Shown here piece after piece: positions 46,299 through 56,635 of a DNA stretch of 64,000 bases; position 1 is the stretch's first letter, and the number at the start of each line of letters is the position of its first letter. Below the pieces are notes generated by a model. It was not told the DNA's origin. It did not search any database and saw nothing but the letters and a program-made list of their open reading frames with translations. The stretch lies in the NCBI RefSeq assembly GCF_030384885.1, contig NZ_CP128613.1; one strand, written 5' to 3'. A program made the translations under genes and the position numbers. This DNA comes from Escherichia coli. GTDB taxonomy: Bacteria > Pseudomonadota > Gammaproteobacteria > Enterobacterales > Enterobacteriaceae.

Positions 46299-46652
46299 AT
46301 GTCCGGCAAGCGTACCTCTCGTGAAAAACTGACGATTAAAAAAATGATCGATCTTTATCAAGCGAAATGCCCGCAGGCGTCAGCAGAGCCGGAGCATTAC
46401 GAAGCGCTGTTTGCCTACGCGCAAAAACGGCTGGATAAATGTGTGTTCGGCGAAGACAAACCCGCCTGTAAGCAGTGCCCGGTGCACTGTTACCAGTCTG
46501 CAAAGCGTGAAGAGATGAAACAGATTATGCGTTGGGCCGGGCCGCGCATGCTGTGGCGTCATCCGATCCTAACCGTACGCCATCTCATTGATGACAAGCG
46601 TCCGGTGCCGGAGTTGCCAGAAAAATATCGCCCGAAAAAACCTCGTGAATAG
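46299..46652 (+). CDS. ygbA: Nitrous-oxide-stimulated-promoter family Cys-rich protein (117 aa)
   Basis: Conserved position divergent from mutS; CxxC motifs. Confidence 0.8.
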   Translation: MSGKRTSREKLTIKKMIDLYQAKCPQASAEPEHYEALFAYAQKRLDKCVFGEDKPACKQCPVHCYQSAKREEMKQIMRWAGPRMLWRHPILTVRHLIDDKRPVPELPEKYRPKKPRE

Positions 46653-46690
46653 TATACCGGACAGGCAGATCTGTCCGGCACCTCATGCAG

Positions 46691-48769
46691 TTAAACCAAT
46701 GCCGATTTATCAATCCCCAGTCGTTTCATCCGTGATAGCAGTGTGGTGCGTTTTAGTCCCAGACGTTGCGCCGCGCCTTTCGGCCCGGCAACCACGCCGT
46801 TAGTCTCTTTTAATACACGCACAATTAGCTGATATTCATCTTCGCCCTCCTGAGCGACGACCGTTGCAGTCGGCGGCGTTTTAGGTTCCGGTAAAGCAAT
46901 ATCAGGCAATGACAGCTGCAGCACGTTGCCACGTGTCAGCAATACCGCGCGCTCAATGACGTTTTCCAGCTCGCGTACGTTACCTGGCCACTCCATATTG
47001 CTCAACGCGCGCAACGTTTCGGCAGGAATGCTGTCGATATTACGCCCCAGACGGCGGGCAATTTTAAAAGTAAAGGCTTTCGCCAGCAGCGGAATATCTT
47101 CCGGACGCTCGCGTAGTGGCGGCAGGTGGATCGGGAATACGTTCAGACGGTAATAGAGATCGCTACGGAACTCGCGGTCGGCAACCATTTTTTTCAGATC
47201 GCGGTTAGTCGCGGCAATTAAACGCACGTCCGTCTGTATAATTTTATTACTGCCGAGACGTTCAAACTCCTGTTCCTGTAATACACGCAGCAACTTCGGT
47301 TGTAACTCCAGCGGCATATCACCCACTTCATCGAGGAACAGGGAGCTTTTATCCGCCAGTTCAAAACGACCGATACGCTGGGCGCTGGCTCCGGTAAACG
47401 CACCACGCTCATGACCAAACAGATCGCTTTCTAACAATCCGGCAGGCATCGCCGCGCAGTTCATTTTTACCATGCGGCGATTATTACGCCCACTGAGATT
47501 ATGGATCGCGCGGGCAATCAGCTCTTTACCGGTGCCAGTTTCACCGAGGATCAGAACTGTACTGTCACTTTGTGCCACCATTTCAACTTGTTTAAGCACG
47601 CTGTACATGGCTTCACTGCGACCAATAATCTCTCCAAATTCACTATCAACATTGTTGAGCTGCTCGGTCAGGGCGAGATTTTCATCAACCAGTCGTTCTT
47701 TCAGACGATGAATTTCCTGATAGGCAAGGGCGTTATCGACAGCGATTGCCACACGTTCGGCAATCTGGCGCAGTAAATTCAGATTGGTCGTGGTAAACAC
47801 TTTCTCTTCGCATTGCGCCAGTTTCAGCACGCCCAGCATGGTGTCGCCAGACATCAGCGGTAACAGGCACAAGGTTTGAATCTGGTTGCCCCAGGTGTCG
47901 AACAACATGCGTTCGTAGGGGGCTAAATTATCTCGCTCGTGGAGATTAATCAGCAGCATCTCTTTGCTTTTAAACACGCGTTCGGTGAGGGTTCCAGCTT
48001 CATCGACTTCGCTCTGTTCGTGAGCGGGATGCTGTTTATCAAGATAGTGAGTGGAGTAGATGTTGAGTTTGTTTTTACGGTGGCTGCGTAAGACGATGCT
48101 TATATCGTCAATGTCGAAATAGTAATGGATTTCTTTGGCGACTTCGCTGACCAGTTCGTCCATATCCAGGCGAGAAAGCACCGCGTTGGTGATGGCAACC
48201 AGGATGCGGAAGTTATCGCGTTCCCGGCATAACAACTCATAGTCGACATTATTGACGACGCGGCTCTGGATTTGTTCGGTGACGACAGAAATGATCTGCG
48301 TAAAAGTTTGCAGGCGATTGAACTCTTTTTCACTCCACGGGCGATCGTCATAACGAATAAATTCACAGCCACCAAAAATATGCCCTTCCGCCGCCAGTGG
48401 CATCAGGCAATAGTGACCAAATTTGGGGTATAGCCCACCAGCGGCCAGCTGCGGCCAGGTTTCACAAAATTCTTCGTAACTGCAATGCAGTGTATCAGGG
48501 CGCGACAAAATGCTGCGCACCGGACCGTGTGCCAGAACAGTTTCGTCTTCATAATTTATGGGGGTGTCTTTTTCACGCGACGCGTAATAAGACGCACGTT
48601 GAGTCTGCGCTTGCCACAACACAATAGCTGCATTGTCGGCGAGCGCAGAACGCTTTACCAATTGCGAAAGAGCCTCACACAGCGAGGCCAGATCGGGCTG
48701 CTGCAATAGTGTCCGAGTGATGTCGAACAACCCTTGTTGTCCGAGATCACTCATCGGTGTATATGACAT
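46691..48769 (-). CDS. fhlA: Formate hydrogenlyase transcriptional activator, sigma54-dependent (692 aa)
   Basis: GETGTGKE Walker A, GAFTGA motif, C-terminal HTH; start at MSYTPMSDL. Confidence 0.95.
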   Translation of the reverse strand: MSYTPMSDLGQQGLFDITRTLLQQPDLASLCEALSQLVKRSALADNAAIVLWQAQTQRASYYASREKDTPINYEDETVLAHGPVRSILSRPDTLHCSYEEFCETWPQLAAGGLYPKFGHYCLMPLAAEGHIFGGCEFIRYDDRPWSEKEFNRLQTFTQIISVVTEQIQSRVVNNVDYELLCRERDNFRILVAITNAVLSRLDMDELVSEVAKEIHYYFDIDDISIVLRSHRKNKLNIYSTHYLDKQHPAHEQSEVDEAGTLTERVFKSKEMLLINLHERDNLAPYERMLFDTWGNQIQTLCLLPLMSGDTMLGVLKLAQCEEKVFTTTNLNLLRQIAERVAIAVDNALAYQEIHRLKERLVDENLALTEQLNNVDSEFGEIIGRSEAMYSVLKQVEMVAQSDSTVLILGETGTGKELIARAIHNLSGRNNRRMVKMNCAAMPAGLLESDLFGHERGAFTGASAQRIGRFELADKSSLFLDEVGDMPLELQPKLLRVLQEQEFERLGSNKIIQTDVRLIAATNRDLKKMVADREFRSDLYYRLNVFPIHLPPLRERPEDIPLLAKAFTFKIARRLGRNIDSIPAETLRALSNMEWPGNVRELENVIERAVLLTRGNVLQLSLPDIALPEPKTPPTATVVAQEGEDEYQLIVRVLKETNGVVAGPKGAAQRLGLKRTTLLSRMKRLGIDKSALV

Positions 48770-48842
48770 TTTGTTCTTCCAGGAAAGCACCGCAAAGCGG
48801 TGCAAAAGGTCATTGACTAACTATAGGAGATTTAGAATTTTA

Positions 48843-49853
48843 TTAGCATATACGCGGAAGCGGTTCGGCGTGTGGTAAATCGAGGGTTCGTTTCACGCCA
48901 TACAGACCGGCAAGACGAACACCTTTACGTTCCACCACTTCACCAATCAGCGCCGCGTCTTTCCCCAGTGGATGGGAATGTAACGCCGCCAGCACTTGCT
49001 CTGCTGCGTTGCGTTCAACGGCGATCACCAGTTTGCCTTCGTTGGCAAAGTTAAGGGCGTCCAGCCCCAGCAGTTCGCAAACGCCGCGCACGGCAGGTTT
49101 AACCGGCAGTGCCGCTTCTGAAATTTCAATACCACAACCGCAGGCTGCCGCGAACTCATGAACTACCGCGTTCACTCCACCACGGGTGGCGTCACGCAGT
49201 GCCTTCACACCGGGAATATCACGCAGCGTCTGGATGAGCGGCGTCAGCACTGCGCAGTCGCTGACCAGTTCGCCATCCAGCCCCAGTTGCTCGCGCAGAT
49301 TAAGAATAGTTGCTCCGTGGTCGCCGAGAGTTCCACTCACCAGCAGAACATCGCCTGCGGTTAGCGTCTGTGCGCCCCAGTGAATATTCGCCGGGATCGC
49401 GCCCATGCCAGCGGTGTTGATAAACAGTTTATCTGCCGCGCCGCGTTGCACCACTTTAGTGTCGCCAGTAACGATGGCAATGCCTGCCGCGCGGGCGGTT
49501 TCTGCCATGCTGGTCACCACGGCTTTTAGCGTCTCCATCGGCAATCCCTCTTCGAGGATAAAGCCACAAGAGAGATAGCGCGGAATAGCGCCACTGACCG
49601 CAACGTCATTCGCGGTGCCACAAATCGCCAGCTTGCCAATATTGCCACCAGGAAAGAACAGCGGGTCGATGACGTAGCTGTCGGTGGAGAACGCCAGCCG
49701 GTCGCCTTCTGCCACCAGCTGCGCCAGCTCAAGGCGCGCCTGGTCTTCCTGTTCTGCCAGCCACGGATTGGCAAAGGCTTCCATAAACAGGCTGTTGATT
49801 AATTGCTGCATCGCCTGGCCGCCGCTACCGTGGGCGAGTTGGATATTATTCAC
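48843..49853 (-). CDS. hypE: Hydrogenase maturation factor HypE (336 aa)
   Basis: Family sequence and synteny. Confidence 0.93.
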   Translation of the reverse strand: MNNIQLAHGSGGQAMQQLINSLFMEAFANPWLAEQEDQARLELAQLVAEGDRLAFSTDSYVIDPLFFPGGNIGKLAICGTANDVAVSGAIPRYLSCGFILEEGLPMETLKAVVTSMAETARAAGIAIVTGDTKVVQRGAADKLFINTAGMGAIPANIHWGAQTLTAGDVLLVSGTLGDHGATILNLREQLGLDGELVSDCAVLTPLIQTLRDIPGVKALRDATRGGVNAVVHEFAAACGCGIEISEAALPVKPAVRGVCELLGLDALNFANEGKLVIAVERNAAEQVLAALHSHPLGKDAALIGEVVERKGVRLAGLYGVKRTLDLPHAEPLPRIC

Positions 49854-50971
49854 GCTTCACTCTCCTGCTGACGATACTGATACCACGCGGCGCACGCTCC
49901 TTCGGAGGAAACCATCAGCGCACCAAACGCGGTTTGAGGATTACAGGTGTTACCAAACAGCGGGCATTGATGCGGCTTACATTTGCCCGTCAAGACTTCG
50001 CCACAACGCGCGCGCGGGTCATCGCAGACCTGCTGCGGTGCCGGGCGGAAATGCGCTTCGGCGTCAAATCGTTGATAATCCGGCGTCAGGTGTACACCAG
50101 AAGATTCAATCACGCCTAAGCCGCGCCATTCGCTGTCGCCGTTGACGCAGAAGACATCCGCAATCGCCTGTTGCGCCAGCAGGTTACCGGCATCCGGCAC
50201 CACCCGACGATACTGATTCTCCACCTTGCTGTGGGCCGCTATTTTCTGCTCCACCAGCATGACCACGCCTTGTAGTAGATCAAGCGGTTCGAATCCAGCA
50301 ACCACCAGAGGACGATGAAAATCACTGGCGATAAAATTATAGGCGTCGGTGCCGATAACCATACTGACGTGGCCCGGCGCGAGGAACGCATCGATACCGT
50401 TATCCGGCTGTTCCAGCAAACTGCGTAGCGTTGGGATCAGCGTAATATGCTGGCAGAAAAAGTAAAAATTTTGCACATCGCGGGCTTTCGCCTGTTGCAG
50501 AGTGATGGCCGTCGTCGGCATGGTGGTTTCAAACCCTAAGCCGAAGAACACCACTTTACGAGTTGGATTCTCCTGCGCCAGTTTTAACGCATCCATTGGC
50601 GAGTAAACGATGCGAACATCGGCACCGCGCGCTTTTGCCTGTAACAGCGACCCCTGTTTCCCCGGCACGCGCATGGCGTCGCCAAAGGTACAGAAGATGA
50701 CTTCCGGATGGCTGGCAATCTCCACGCAGGTGTCGATTCTTCCCATCGGCAGTACACATACCGGGCAACCCGGACCGTGGATAAACTCAACGTTTTCCGG
50801 CAGTAACTGGTCGAGGCCGAATTTAAAAATGGCGTGGGTATGACCGCCGCACACTTCCATAATCCGCAGAGGGCGTTCAGCGGTGTAAGAGAGATGTGAA
50901 GCACGTTCGCGTAGATGCTCAATTAACTGCATCACCTGTTCCGGCGCGCGATATTCATCAACAAAACGCAT
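49850..50971 (-). CDS. hypD: Hydrogenase maturation factor HypD (373 aa)
   Basis: Family sequence, CPVC motif. Confidence 0.93.
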   Translation of the reverse strand: MRFVDEYRAPEQVMQLIEHLRERASHLSYTAERPLRIMEVCGGHTHAIFKFGLDQLLPENVEFIHGPGCPVCVLPMGRIDTCVEIASHPEVIFCTFGDAMRVPGKQGSLLQAKARGADVRIVYSPMDALKLAQENPTRKVVFFGLGFETTMPTTAITLQQAKARDVQNFYFFCQHITLIPTLRSLLEQPDNGIDAFLAPGHVSMVIGTDAYNFIASDFHRPLVVAGFEPLDLLQGVVMLVEQKIAAHSKVENQYRRVVPDAGNLLAQQAIADVFCVNGDSEWRGLGVIESSGVHLTPDYQRFDAEAHFRPAPQQVCDDPRARCGEVLTGKCKPHQCPLFGNTCNPQTAFGALMVSSEGACAAWYQYRQQESEA

Positions 50972-51243
50972 TATTTTTCCTCGCCATACAACAGCGCGCC
51001 GACATCCGGCTCAACGTCAAACATGTTTTGTAAGGCGTCGAGGGTGTCGCGCGCTTCGGCTTCATTAATTACGCTCATGGCAAAGCCAACGTGAACCAGT
51101 ACCCACTGGCCCACGCGTGGCTGACCGTTTTCATCGCAGCTGCCGACTAACGTTAGATCGACGTCGCGCTGAATACCGCAGACGTCGACTTTCGCCTGGT
51201 TGCCGTCAATGGTGCGGATCTGGCCGGGAACGCCTATACACAT
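50971..51243 (-). CDS. hypC: Hydrogenase maturation chaperone HypC (90 aa)
   Basis: N-terminal MCIGVP motif. Confidence 0.93.
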   Translation of the reverse strand: MCIGVPGQIRTIDGNQAKVDVCGIQRDVDLTLVGSCDENGQPRVGQWVLVHVGFAMSVINEAEARDTLDALQNMFDVEPDVGALLYGEEK

Positions 51244-52106
51244 CGCTGTGTCTCCAGCCAGTTCAGCCACTGGTCCATCCCTTCGCCGCTGGTGGCGGAA
51301 ATAAGGATGATTTCAATTTCTGGATTGACTTCGCGGGCGCAGGCGATGCACTTCTCAACGTCGAAATTGAGATACGGTAGCAGGTCAACTTTGTTGAGCA
51401 GCATCAGTGAGGCGGCGGCAAACATATGTGGATATTTCAGCGGTTTGTCTTCACCTTCGGTAACGGAAAGCACCGCCACTTTGTGTTTTTCACCAAGATC
51501 GAAGCTCGCCGGACATACGAGGTTGCCAACGTTTTCGATAAACAGAATACCGTTATCGTCCAGTGGCAGGCGCGGCGCGGCGTCGGCAATCATCTGTGCG
51601 TCAAGATGGCAACCTTTACCGGTATTCACCTGAATCGCTGGCGTGCCGGTAGCGCGAATGCGCGCGGCATCGTTCACGGTTTGCTGGTCACCTTCAATAA
51701 CTGCGCACGGAACGCTGTCTTTCAGGCGCATCAAGGTTTCCGTCAGCAGGGTGGTTTTACCGGAACCAGGGCTGGAAACCAGGTTGAGTACCAACTGATT
51801 GCGGGCAGCAAAGCGCGCTCGGTTGCGTTCAGCCAGACGGTTGTTTTTGTCTAGCACGTCAATTTCGACTTCCAGCATCCGACGCTGGCTCATGCCCGGC
51901 GCGTGAGTGCCCGCTTCGCCATGACCGTAATGCAGGTCGCCTTCTTCAGTCTGGCTGGGGGTAAATTCAGGCGCTTTAATGCCGGTGATTTTCATCTTCG
52001 GGCGTGCCGCCGGGGCAAATGGCGCGCTACGAAACGCGGAATGAGGGTTATGTTCATCACCCTCGATATACAGGTTGCCTTCACCGCAACCGCATGTTGT
52101 ACACAT
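51234..52106 (-). CDS. hypB: Hydrogenase nickel incorporation GTPase HypB (290 aa)
   Basis: P-loop GSPGSGKTT; N-terminal Cys/His metal-binding region. Confidence 0.93.
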   Translation of the reverse strand: MCTTCGCGEGNLYIEGDEHNPHSAFRSAPFAPAARPKMKITGIKAPEFTPSQTEEGDLHYGHGEAGTHAPGMSQRRMLEVEIDVLDKNNRLAERNRARFAARNQLVLNLVSSPGSGKTTLLTETLMRLKDSVPCAVIEGDQQTVNDAARIRATGTPAIQVNTGKGCHLDAQMIADAAPRLPLDDNGILFIENVGNLVCPASFDLGEKHKVAVLSVTEGEDKPLKYPHMFAAASLMLLNKVDLLPYLNFDVEKCIACAREVNPEIEIILISATSGEGMDQWLNWLETQRCV

Positions 52107-52109
52107 CGC

Positions 52110-52460
52110 TCACTCCTGGTCTATTTCTATCCGCCGAATCTGTAAACCGTCGTCTGCCACAATTTGTAGCATGTCGCCATGACACTGTGGACAGCGCCGG
52201 ACGCGCTGGGTTAATAGCGTCACATATTGTTGGCATGTTTCGCACCAGCATTCGGCCTCTTGTTCTTCGAGGTGCAGTTTACAACCTTCCGCTACGCTGC
52301 CGCGGCAAACCAGATCAAAACAAAAGGCAAGAGAGCTGGTTTCGACACAAGAAAATGCGCCAATTTTGAGCCAGACCCCAGTTACGCGTTTTGCACCGTG
52401 TTTTGCGGCCTGCTGTTCGATCAATTCCAGTGCCCGTTGGCAGAGGGTTATTTCGTGCAT
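52110..52460 (-). CDS. hypA: Hydrogenase nickel insertion protein HypA (116 aa)
   Basis: Start MHEITLCQ; zinc-finger CxxC...CxxC. Confidence 0.93.
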   Translation of the reverse strand: MHEITLCQRALELIEQQAAKHGAKRVTGVWLKIGAFSCVETSSLAFCFDLVCRGSVAEGCKLHLEEQEAECWCETCQQYVTLLTQRVRRCPQCHGDMLQIVADDGLQIRRIEIDQE

Positions 52461-52492
52461 ATCGCCTCCCATTAACTATTGCCAGCTATAAG

Positions 52493-52507
52493 CAATAATT
52501 GTGCCAG
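52493..52507 (-). promoter_or_regulatory. Sigma54 (-24/-12) promoter for the hyp operon
   Basis: Minus-strand sequence TGGCACaattaTTGC (GG-N10-GC) about 35 bp upstream of hypA. Confidence 0.7.
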
Positions 52508-52618
52508 TGTTGATTATCCCTAAAGTGAATAATGTCGATGATGTCGAAATGACACGTCGACACGGCGACGAAATTCACCAGAATCATAAAAATCTCTTTT
52601 ATAACAATAAATTAAAAG

Positions 52619-52636
52619 TTGGCACAAAAAATGCTT
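52619..52636 (+). promoter_or_regulatory. Sigma54 (-24/-12) promoter for the hyc operon
   Basis: TTGGCACaaaaaATGCTT (GG-N10-GC) about 40 bp upstream of hycA. Confidence 0.7.
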
Positions 52637-52671
52637 AAAGCTGGCATCTCTGTTAAACGGGTAACCTGACA

Positions 52672-53133
52672 ATGACTATTTGGGAAATAAGCGAGAAAGC
52701 CGATTACATCGCACAGCGGCATCGTCGCCTACAGGACCAGTGGCATCTCTACTGCAATTCGCTGGTTCAGGGGATCACGTTATCGAAAGCGCGCCTGCAT
52801 CACGCCATGAGCTGTGCGCCAGACAAAGAACTCTGTTTCGTCCTTTTTGAACATTTTCGCATTTACGTCACCCTGGCGGATGGCTTTAACAGCCACACCA
52901 TCGAGTATTACGTCGAAACGAAAGAGGGTGAAGAAAAACAGCGGATTGCGCAGGCACAATTGAGCATTGACGGAATGATAGATGGCAAGGTCAACATCCG
53001 CGATCGCGAACAGGTACTGGAACACTATCTCGAAAAAATCGCTGGCGTTTACGACAGCTTATACACCGCCATTGAAAACAATGTACCGGTGAATTTAAGC
53101 CAACTGGTAAAGGGACAAAGCCCGGCGGCATGA
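52672..53133 (+). CDS. hycA: Formate hydrogenlyase regulatory protein HycA (153 aa)
   Basis: Synteny and sequence. Confidence 0.9.
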   Translation: MTIWEISEKADYIAQRHRRLQDQWHLYCNSLVQGITLSKARLHHAMSCAPDKELCFVLFEHFRIYVTLADGFNSHTIEYYVETKEGEEKQRIAQAQLSIDGMIDGKVNIRDREQVLEHYLEKIAGVYDSLYTAIENNVPVNLSQLVKGQSPAA

Positions 53134-53257
53134 GCTGAGGCTTTGCCCGTTTTGCAGGCGTTACGCCTGTTTGGGGATGGGCGTGTCGATGAGTGTCGAA
53201 AATAACATTTCATCGGCATGTTTTCGTCAAAAATGACAATCACCTGAGGAATGCCTG

Positions 53258-53869
53258 GTGAATCGTTTTGTAATTGCTGACTCCACGCTCTGTATCGGCT
53301 GCCACACCTGTGAGGCCGCCTGTTCAGAGACGCATCGCCAGCACGGCCTGCAATCAATGCCGCGCCTGCGAGTGATGCTAAATGAAAAAGAATCTGCGCC
53401 GCAGCTCTGTCACCACTGTGAAGATGCACCCTGTGCGGTGGTCTGCCCGGTTAACGCTATCACCCGCGTTGATGGGGCAGTGCAGCTGAATGAAAGCCTG
53501 TGCGTAAGCTGCAAACTGTGCGGCATCGCCTGCCCGTTTGGCGCAATCGAATTTTCCGGCAGCCGTCCGCTGGATATTCCGGCAAACGCCAATACCCCGA
53601 AAGCACCACCGGCACCGCCTGCTCCGGCGCGTGTCAGCACGTTGCTTGACTGGGTGCCGGGTATTCGCGCGATCGCCGTCAAATGTGACCTCTGTAGCTT
53701 TGATGAACAAGGTCCAGCCTGCGTGCGGATGTGCCCAACCAAAGCCCTGCATCTGGTGGATAACACCGATATCGCCCGCGTCAGCAAGCGTAAGCGTGAG
53801 CTGACCTTTAACACGGACTTTGGCGATCTCACCTTGTTTCAGCAGGCTCAAAGTGGAGAGGCTAAATGA
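53258..53869 (+). CDS. hycB: Formate hydrogenlyase 4Fe-4S ferredoxin subunit (203 aa)
   Basis: Several CxxCxxCxxxCP motifs. Confidence 0.93.
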   Translation: MNRFVIADSTLCIGCHTCEAACSETHRQHGLQSMPRLRVMLNEKESAPQLCHHCEDAPCAVVCPVNAITRVDGAVQLNESLCVSCKLCGIACPFGAIEFSGSRPLDIPANANTPKAPPAPPAPARVSTLLDWVPGIRAIAVKCDLCSFDEQGPACVRMCPTKALHLVDNTDIARVSKRKRELTFNTDFGDLTLFQQAQSGEAK

Positions 53870-55692
53870 GCGCAATTTCCCTGATCAATAGCGGCGTGGC
53901 GTGGTTTGTTGCCGCCGCTGTTCTGGCATTTCTCTTTTCTTTTCAAAAGGCGTTAAGCGGCTGGATTGCCGGAATTGGCGGCGCGGTGGGTAGCCTGTAT
54001 ACGGCAGCCGCAGGCTTCACTGTGCTGACTGGCGCGGTTGGCGTGAGCGGCGCGTTGTCGCTGGTAAGCTACAATGTGCAAATCTCTCCGCTTAATGCGA
54101 TTTGGCTGATTACCCTCGGCCTGTGCGGTCTGTTTGTCAGCCTTTACAACATTGACTGGCATCGCCATGCGCAGGTGAAATGCAACGGTTTGCAAATCAA
54201 TATGTTGATGGCTGCTGCCGTCTGTGCCGTCATTGCCAGCAATCTGGGCATGTTCGTAGTAATGGCAGAAATCATGGCCCTGTGTGCGGTGTTCCTCACC
54301 AGCAACAGCAAAGAGGGCAAACTGTGGTTTGCGCTGGGGCGTCTTGGCACTTTGCTGCTGGCGATTGCTTGCTGGCTGCTGTGGCAACGTTACGGCACGC
54401 TGGATCTGCGCCTGCTGGATATGCGCATGCAACAGCTGCCGCTTGGTTCCGATATCTGGCTGCTCGGTGTGATTGGTTTTGGCCTGCTGGCCGGGATTAT
54501 CCCGCTGCACGGCTGGGTGCCACAGGCTCATGCTAACGCCTCTGCGCCAGCTGCCGCGCTGTTTTCCACGGTGGTGATGAAAATTGGCCTGCTGGGTATT
54601 TTAACCCTGTCTCTGCTGGGCGGTAATGCGCCGCTGTGGTGGGGAATTGCACTTCTGGTACTCGGCATGATCACCGCGTTCGTCGGCGGTCTGTATGCGC
54701 TGATGGAGCACAACATTCAGCGTTTGCTGGCTTACCACACTCTGGAAAATATCGGCATCATCCTGCTGGGGCTGGGCGCTGGCGTAACGGGTATCGCGCT
54801 TGAACAACCGGCGCTGATTGCCCTTGGCCTGGTCGGTGGTCTGTACCATCTGCTTAACCATAGCCTGTTCAAGAGCGTACTGTTCCTCGGGGCTGGGAGC
54901 GTCTGGTTCCGTACCGGTCATCGCGATATCGAAAAACTCGGCGGTATTGGCAAAAAAATGCCGGTTATCTCCATCGCCATGTTGGTCGGTCTGATGGCAA
55001 TGGCTGCGCTGCCACCGCTGAACGGTTTTGCCGGGGAATGGGTTATCTATCAATCCTTCTTCAAACTGAGCAATAGTGGCGCGTTTGTTGCTCGTCTTCT
55101 CGGGCCGCTGCTCGCCGTGGGGCTGGCAATTACCGGTGCGCTGGCAGTGATGTGTATGGCGAAAGTTTATGGCGTTACTTTCCTTGGCGCGCCGCGTACC
55201 AAAGAAGCCGAAAACGCCACCTGTGCGCCGCTCCTGATGAGCGTAAGCGTAGTGGCACTGGCGATTTGCTGCGTGATTGGCGGTGTTGCTGCGCCGTGGC
55301 TGCTGCCGATGTTGTCTGCTGCCGTACCTCTGCCGCTGGAGCCTGCTAATACAACCGTTTCTCAACCAATGATCACGTTGCTGCTGATTGCCTGCCCGCT
55401 TCTGCCATTCATCATTATGGCGATTTGCAAAGGCGACCGTCTGCCGTCGCGTTCCCGCGGCGCTGCCTGGGTATGTGGCTACGACCATGAAAAATCAATG
55501 GTGATTACCGCTCACGGTTTTGCCATGCCGGTGAAACAGGCATTTGCGCCAGTGCTGAAACTGCGCAAATGGCTGAATCCGGTGTCGCTGGTACCAGGCT
55601 GGCAGTGCGAGGGGAGTGCGTTGCTGTTCCGCCGGATGGCGCTGGTTGAACTGGCGGTACTGGTGGTGATTATTGTTTCACGAGGAGCCTGA
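53866..55692 (+). CDS. hycC: Formate hydrogenlyase membrane subunit 3, NuoL/M-like (608 aa)
   Basis: Large polytopic membrane protein. Confidence 0.93.
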   Translation: MSAISLINSGVAWFVAAAVLAFLFSFQKALSGWIAGIGGAVGSLYTAAAGFTVLTGAVGVSGALSLVSYNVQISPLNAIWLITLGLCGLFVSLYNIDWHRHAQVKCNGLQINMLMAAAVCAVIASNLGMFVVMAEIMALCAVFLTSNSKEGKLWFALGRLGTLLLAIACWLLWQRYGTLDLRLLDMRMQQLPLGSDIWLLGVIGFGLLAGIIPLHGWVPQAHANASAPAAALFSTVVMKIGLLGILTLSLLGGNAPLWWGIALLVLGMITAFVGGLYALMEHNIQRLLAYHTLENIGIILLGLGAGVTGIALEQPALIALGLVGGLYHLLNHSLFKSVLFLGAGSVWFRTGHRDIEKLGGIGKKMPVISIAMLVGLMAMAALPPLNGFAGEWVIYQSFFKLSNSGAFVARLLGPLLAVGLAITGALAVMCMAKVYGVTFLGAPRTKEAENATCAPLLMSVSVVALAICCVIGGVAAPWLLPMLSAAVPLPLEPANTTVSQPMITLLLIACPLLPFIIMAICKGDRLPSRSRGAAWVCGYDHEKSMVITAHGFAMPVKQAFAPVLKLRKWLNPVSLVPGWQCEGSALLFRRMALVELAVLVVIIVSRGA

Positions 55693-55694
55693 GA

Positions 55695-56618
55695 ATGAGT
55701 GTTTTATATCCGTTAATTCAGGCGCTGGTGTTATTTGCCGTTGCGCCGCTGCTCTCCGGTATTACCCGCGTGGCGCGCGCCCGCTTGCATAACCGTCGCG
55801 GTCCGGGCGTGTTGCAGGAGTATCGCGACATTATCAAACTGCTGGGTCGTCAGAGCGTTGGTCCCGATGCCTCCGGCTGGGTGTTCCGCCTGACACCGTA
55901 CGTAATGGTTGGCGTCATGTTGACTATCGCTACCGCGCTGCCGGTAGTGACTGTCGGTTCTCCGCTGCCGCAACTGGGGGATTTGATCACTTTACTGTAT
56001 CTCTTCGCCATTGCGCGTTTCTTCTTTGCCATTTCTGGTCTGGATACCGGTAGTCCGTTTACTGCTATTGGCGCGAGCCGTGAAGCGATGCTGGGCGTGC
56101 TGGTTGAACCGATGCTGCTGCTTGGTCTGTGGGTCGCCGCGCAGGTGGCCGGTTCCACCAACATCAGCAACATCACCGACACCGTTTATCACTGGCCGCT
56201 GAGCCAGAGCATTCCGCTGGTGCTGGCGCTCTGTGCCTGCGCATTCGCCACCTTTATCGAAATGGGCAAACTGCCGTTCGACCTGGCGGAAGCCGAGCAG
56301 GAGCTGCAGGAAGGTCCGCTCTCTGAGTACAGCGGCAGCGGCTTTGGCGTCATGAAATGGGGTATCAGCCTGAAACAGCTGGTGGTGTTACAGATGTTCG
56401 TCGGGGTGTTTATTCCGTGGGGACAAATGGAAACCTTCACTGCCGGTGGGCTGCTGCTGGCGCTGGTGATTGCCATCGTCAAACTGGTGGTCGGCGTACT
56501 GGTTATCGCGCTGTTCGAAAACAGCATGGCCCGTCTGCGTCTTGATATTACACCACGCATTACCTGGGCTGGTTTTGGCTTTGCATTTTTAGCGTTCGTC
56601 TCCTTGCTGGCGGCGTGA
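55695..56618 (+). CDS. hycD: Formate hydrogenlyase membrane subunit 4, NuoH-like (307 aa)
   Basis: Polytopic membrane protein; synteny. Confidence 0.93.
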   Translation: MSVLYPLIQALVLFAVAPLLSGITRVARARLHNRRGPGVLQEYRDIIKLLGRQSVGPDASGWVFRLTPYVMVGVMLTIATALPVVTVGSPLPQLGDLITLLYLFAIARFFFAISGLDTGSPFTAIGASREAMLGVLVEPMLLLGLWVAAQVAGSTNISNITDTVYHWPLSQSIPLVLALCACAFATFIEMGKLPFDLAEAEQELQEGPLSEYSGSGFGVMKWGISLKQLVVLQMFVGVFIPWGQMETFTAGGLLLALVIAIVKLVVGVLVIALFENSMARLRLDITPRITWAGFGFAFLAFVSLLAA

Positions 56619-56635
56619 TTAAAGAGAGTTTGAGC

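Noticed and set aside
53953-55488. Minus-strand ORFs of 192 and 295 aa
   Set aside because: Antisense within hycC; Gln/Arg-rich composition without domain signature
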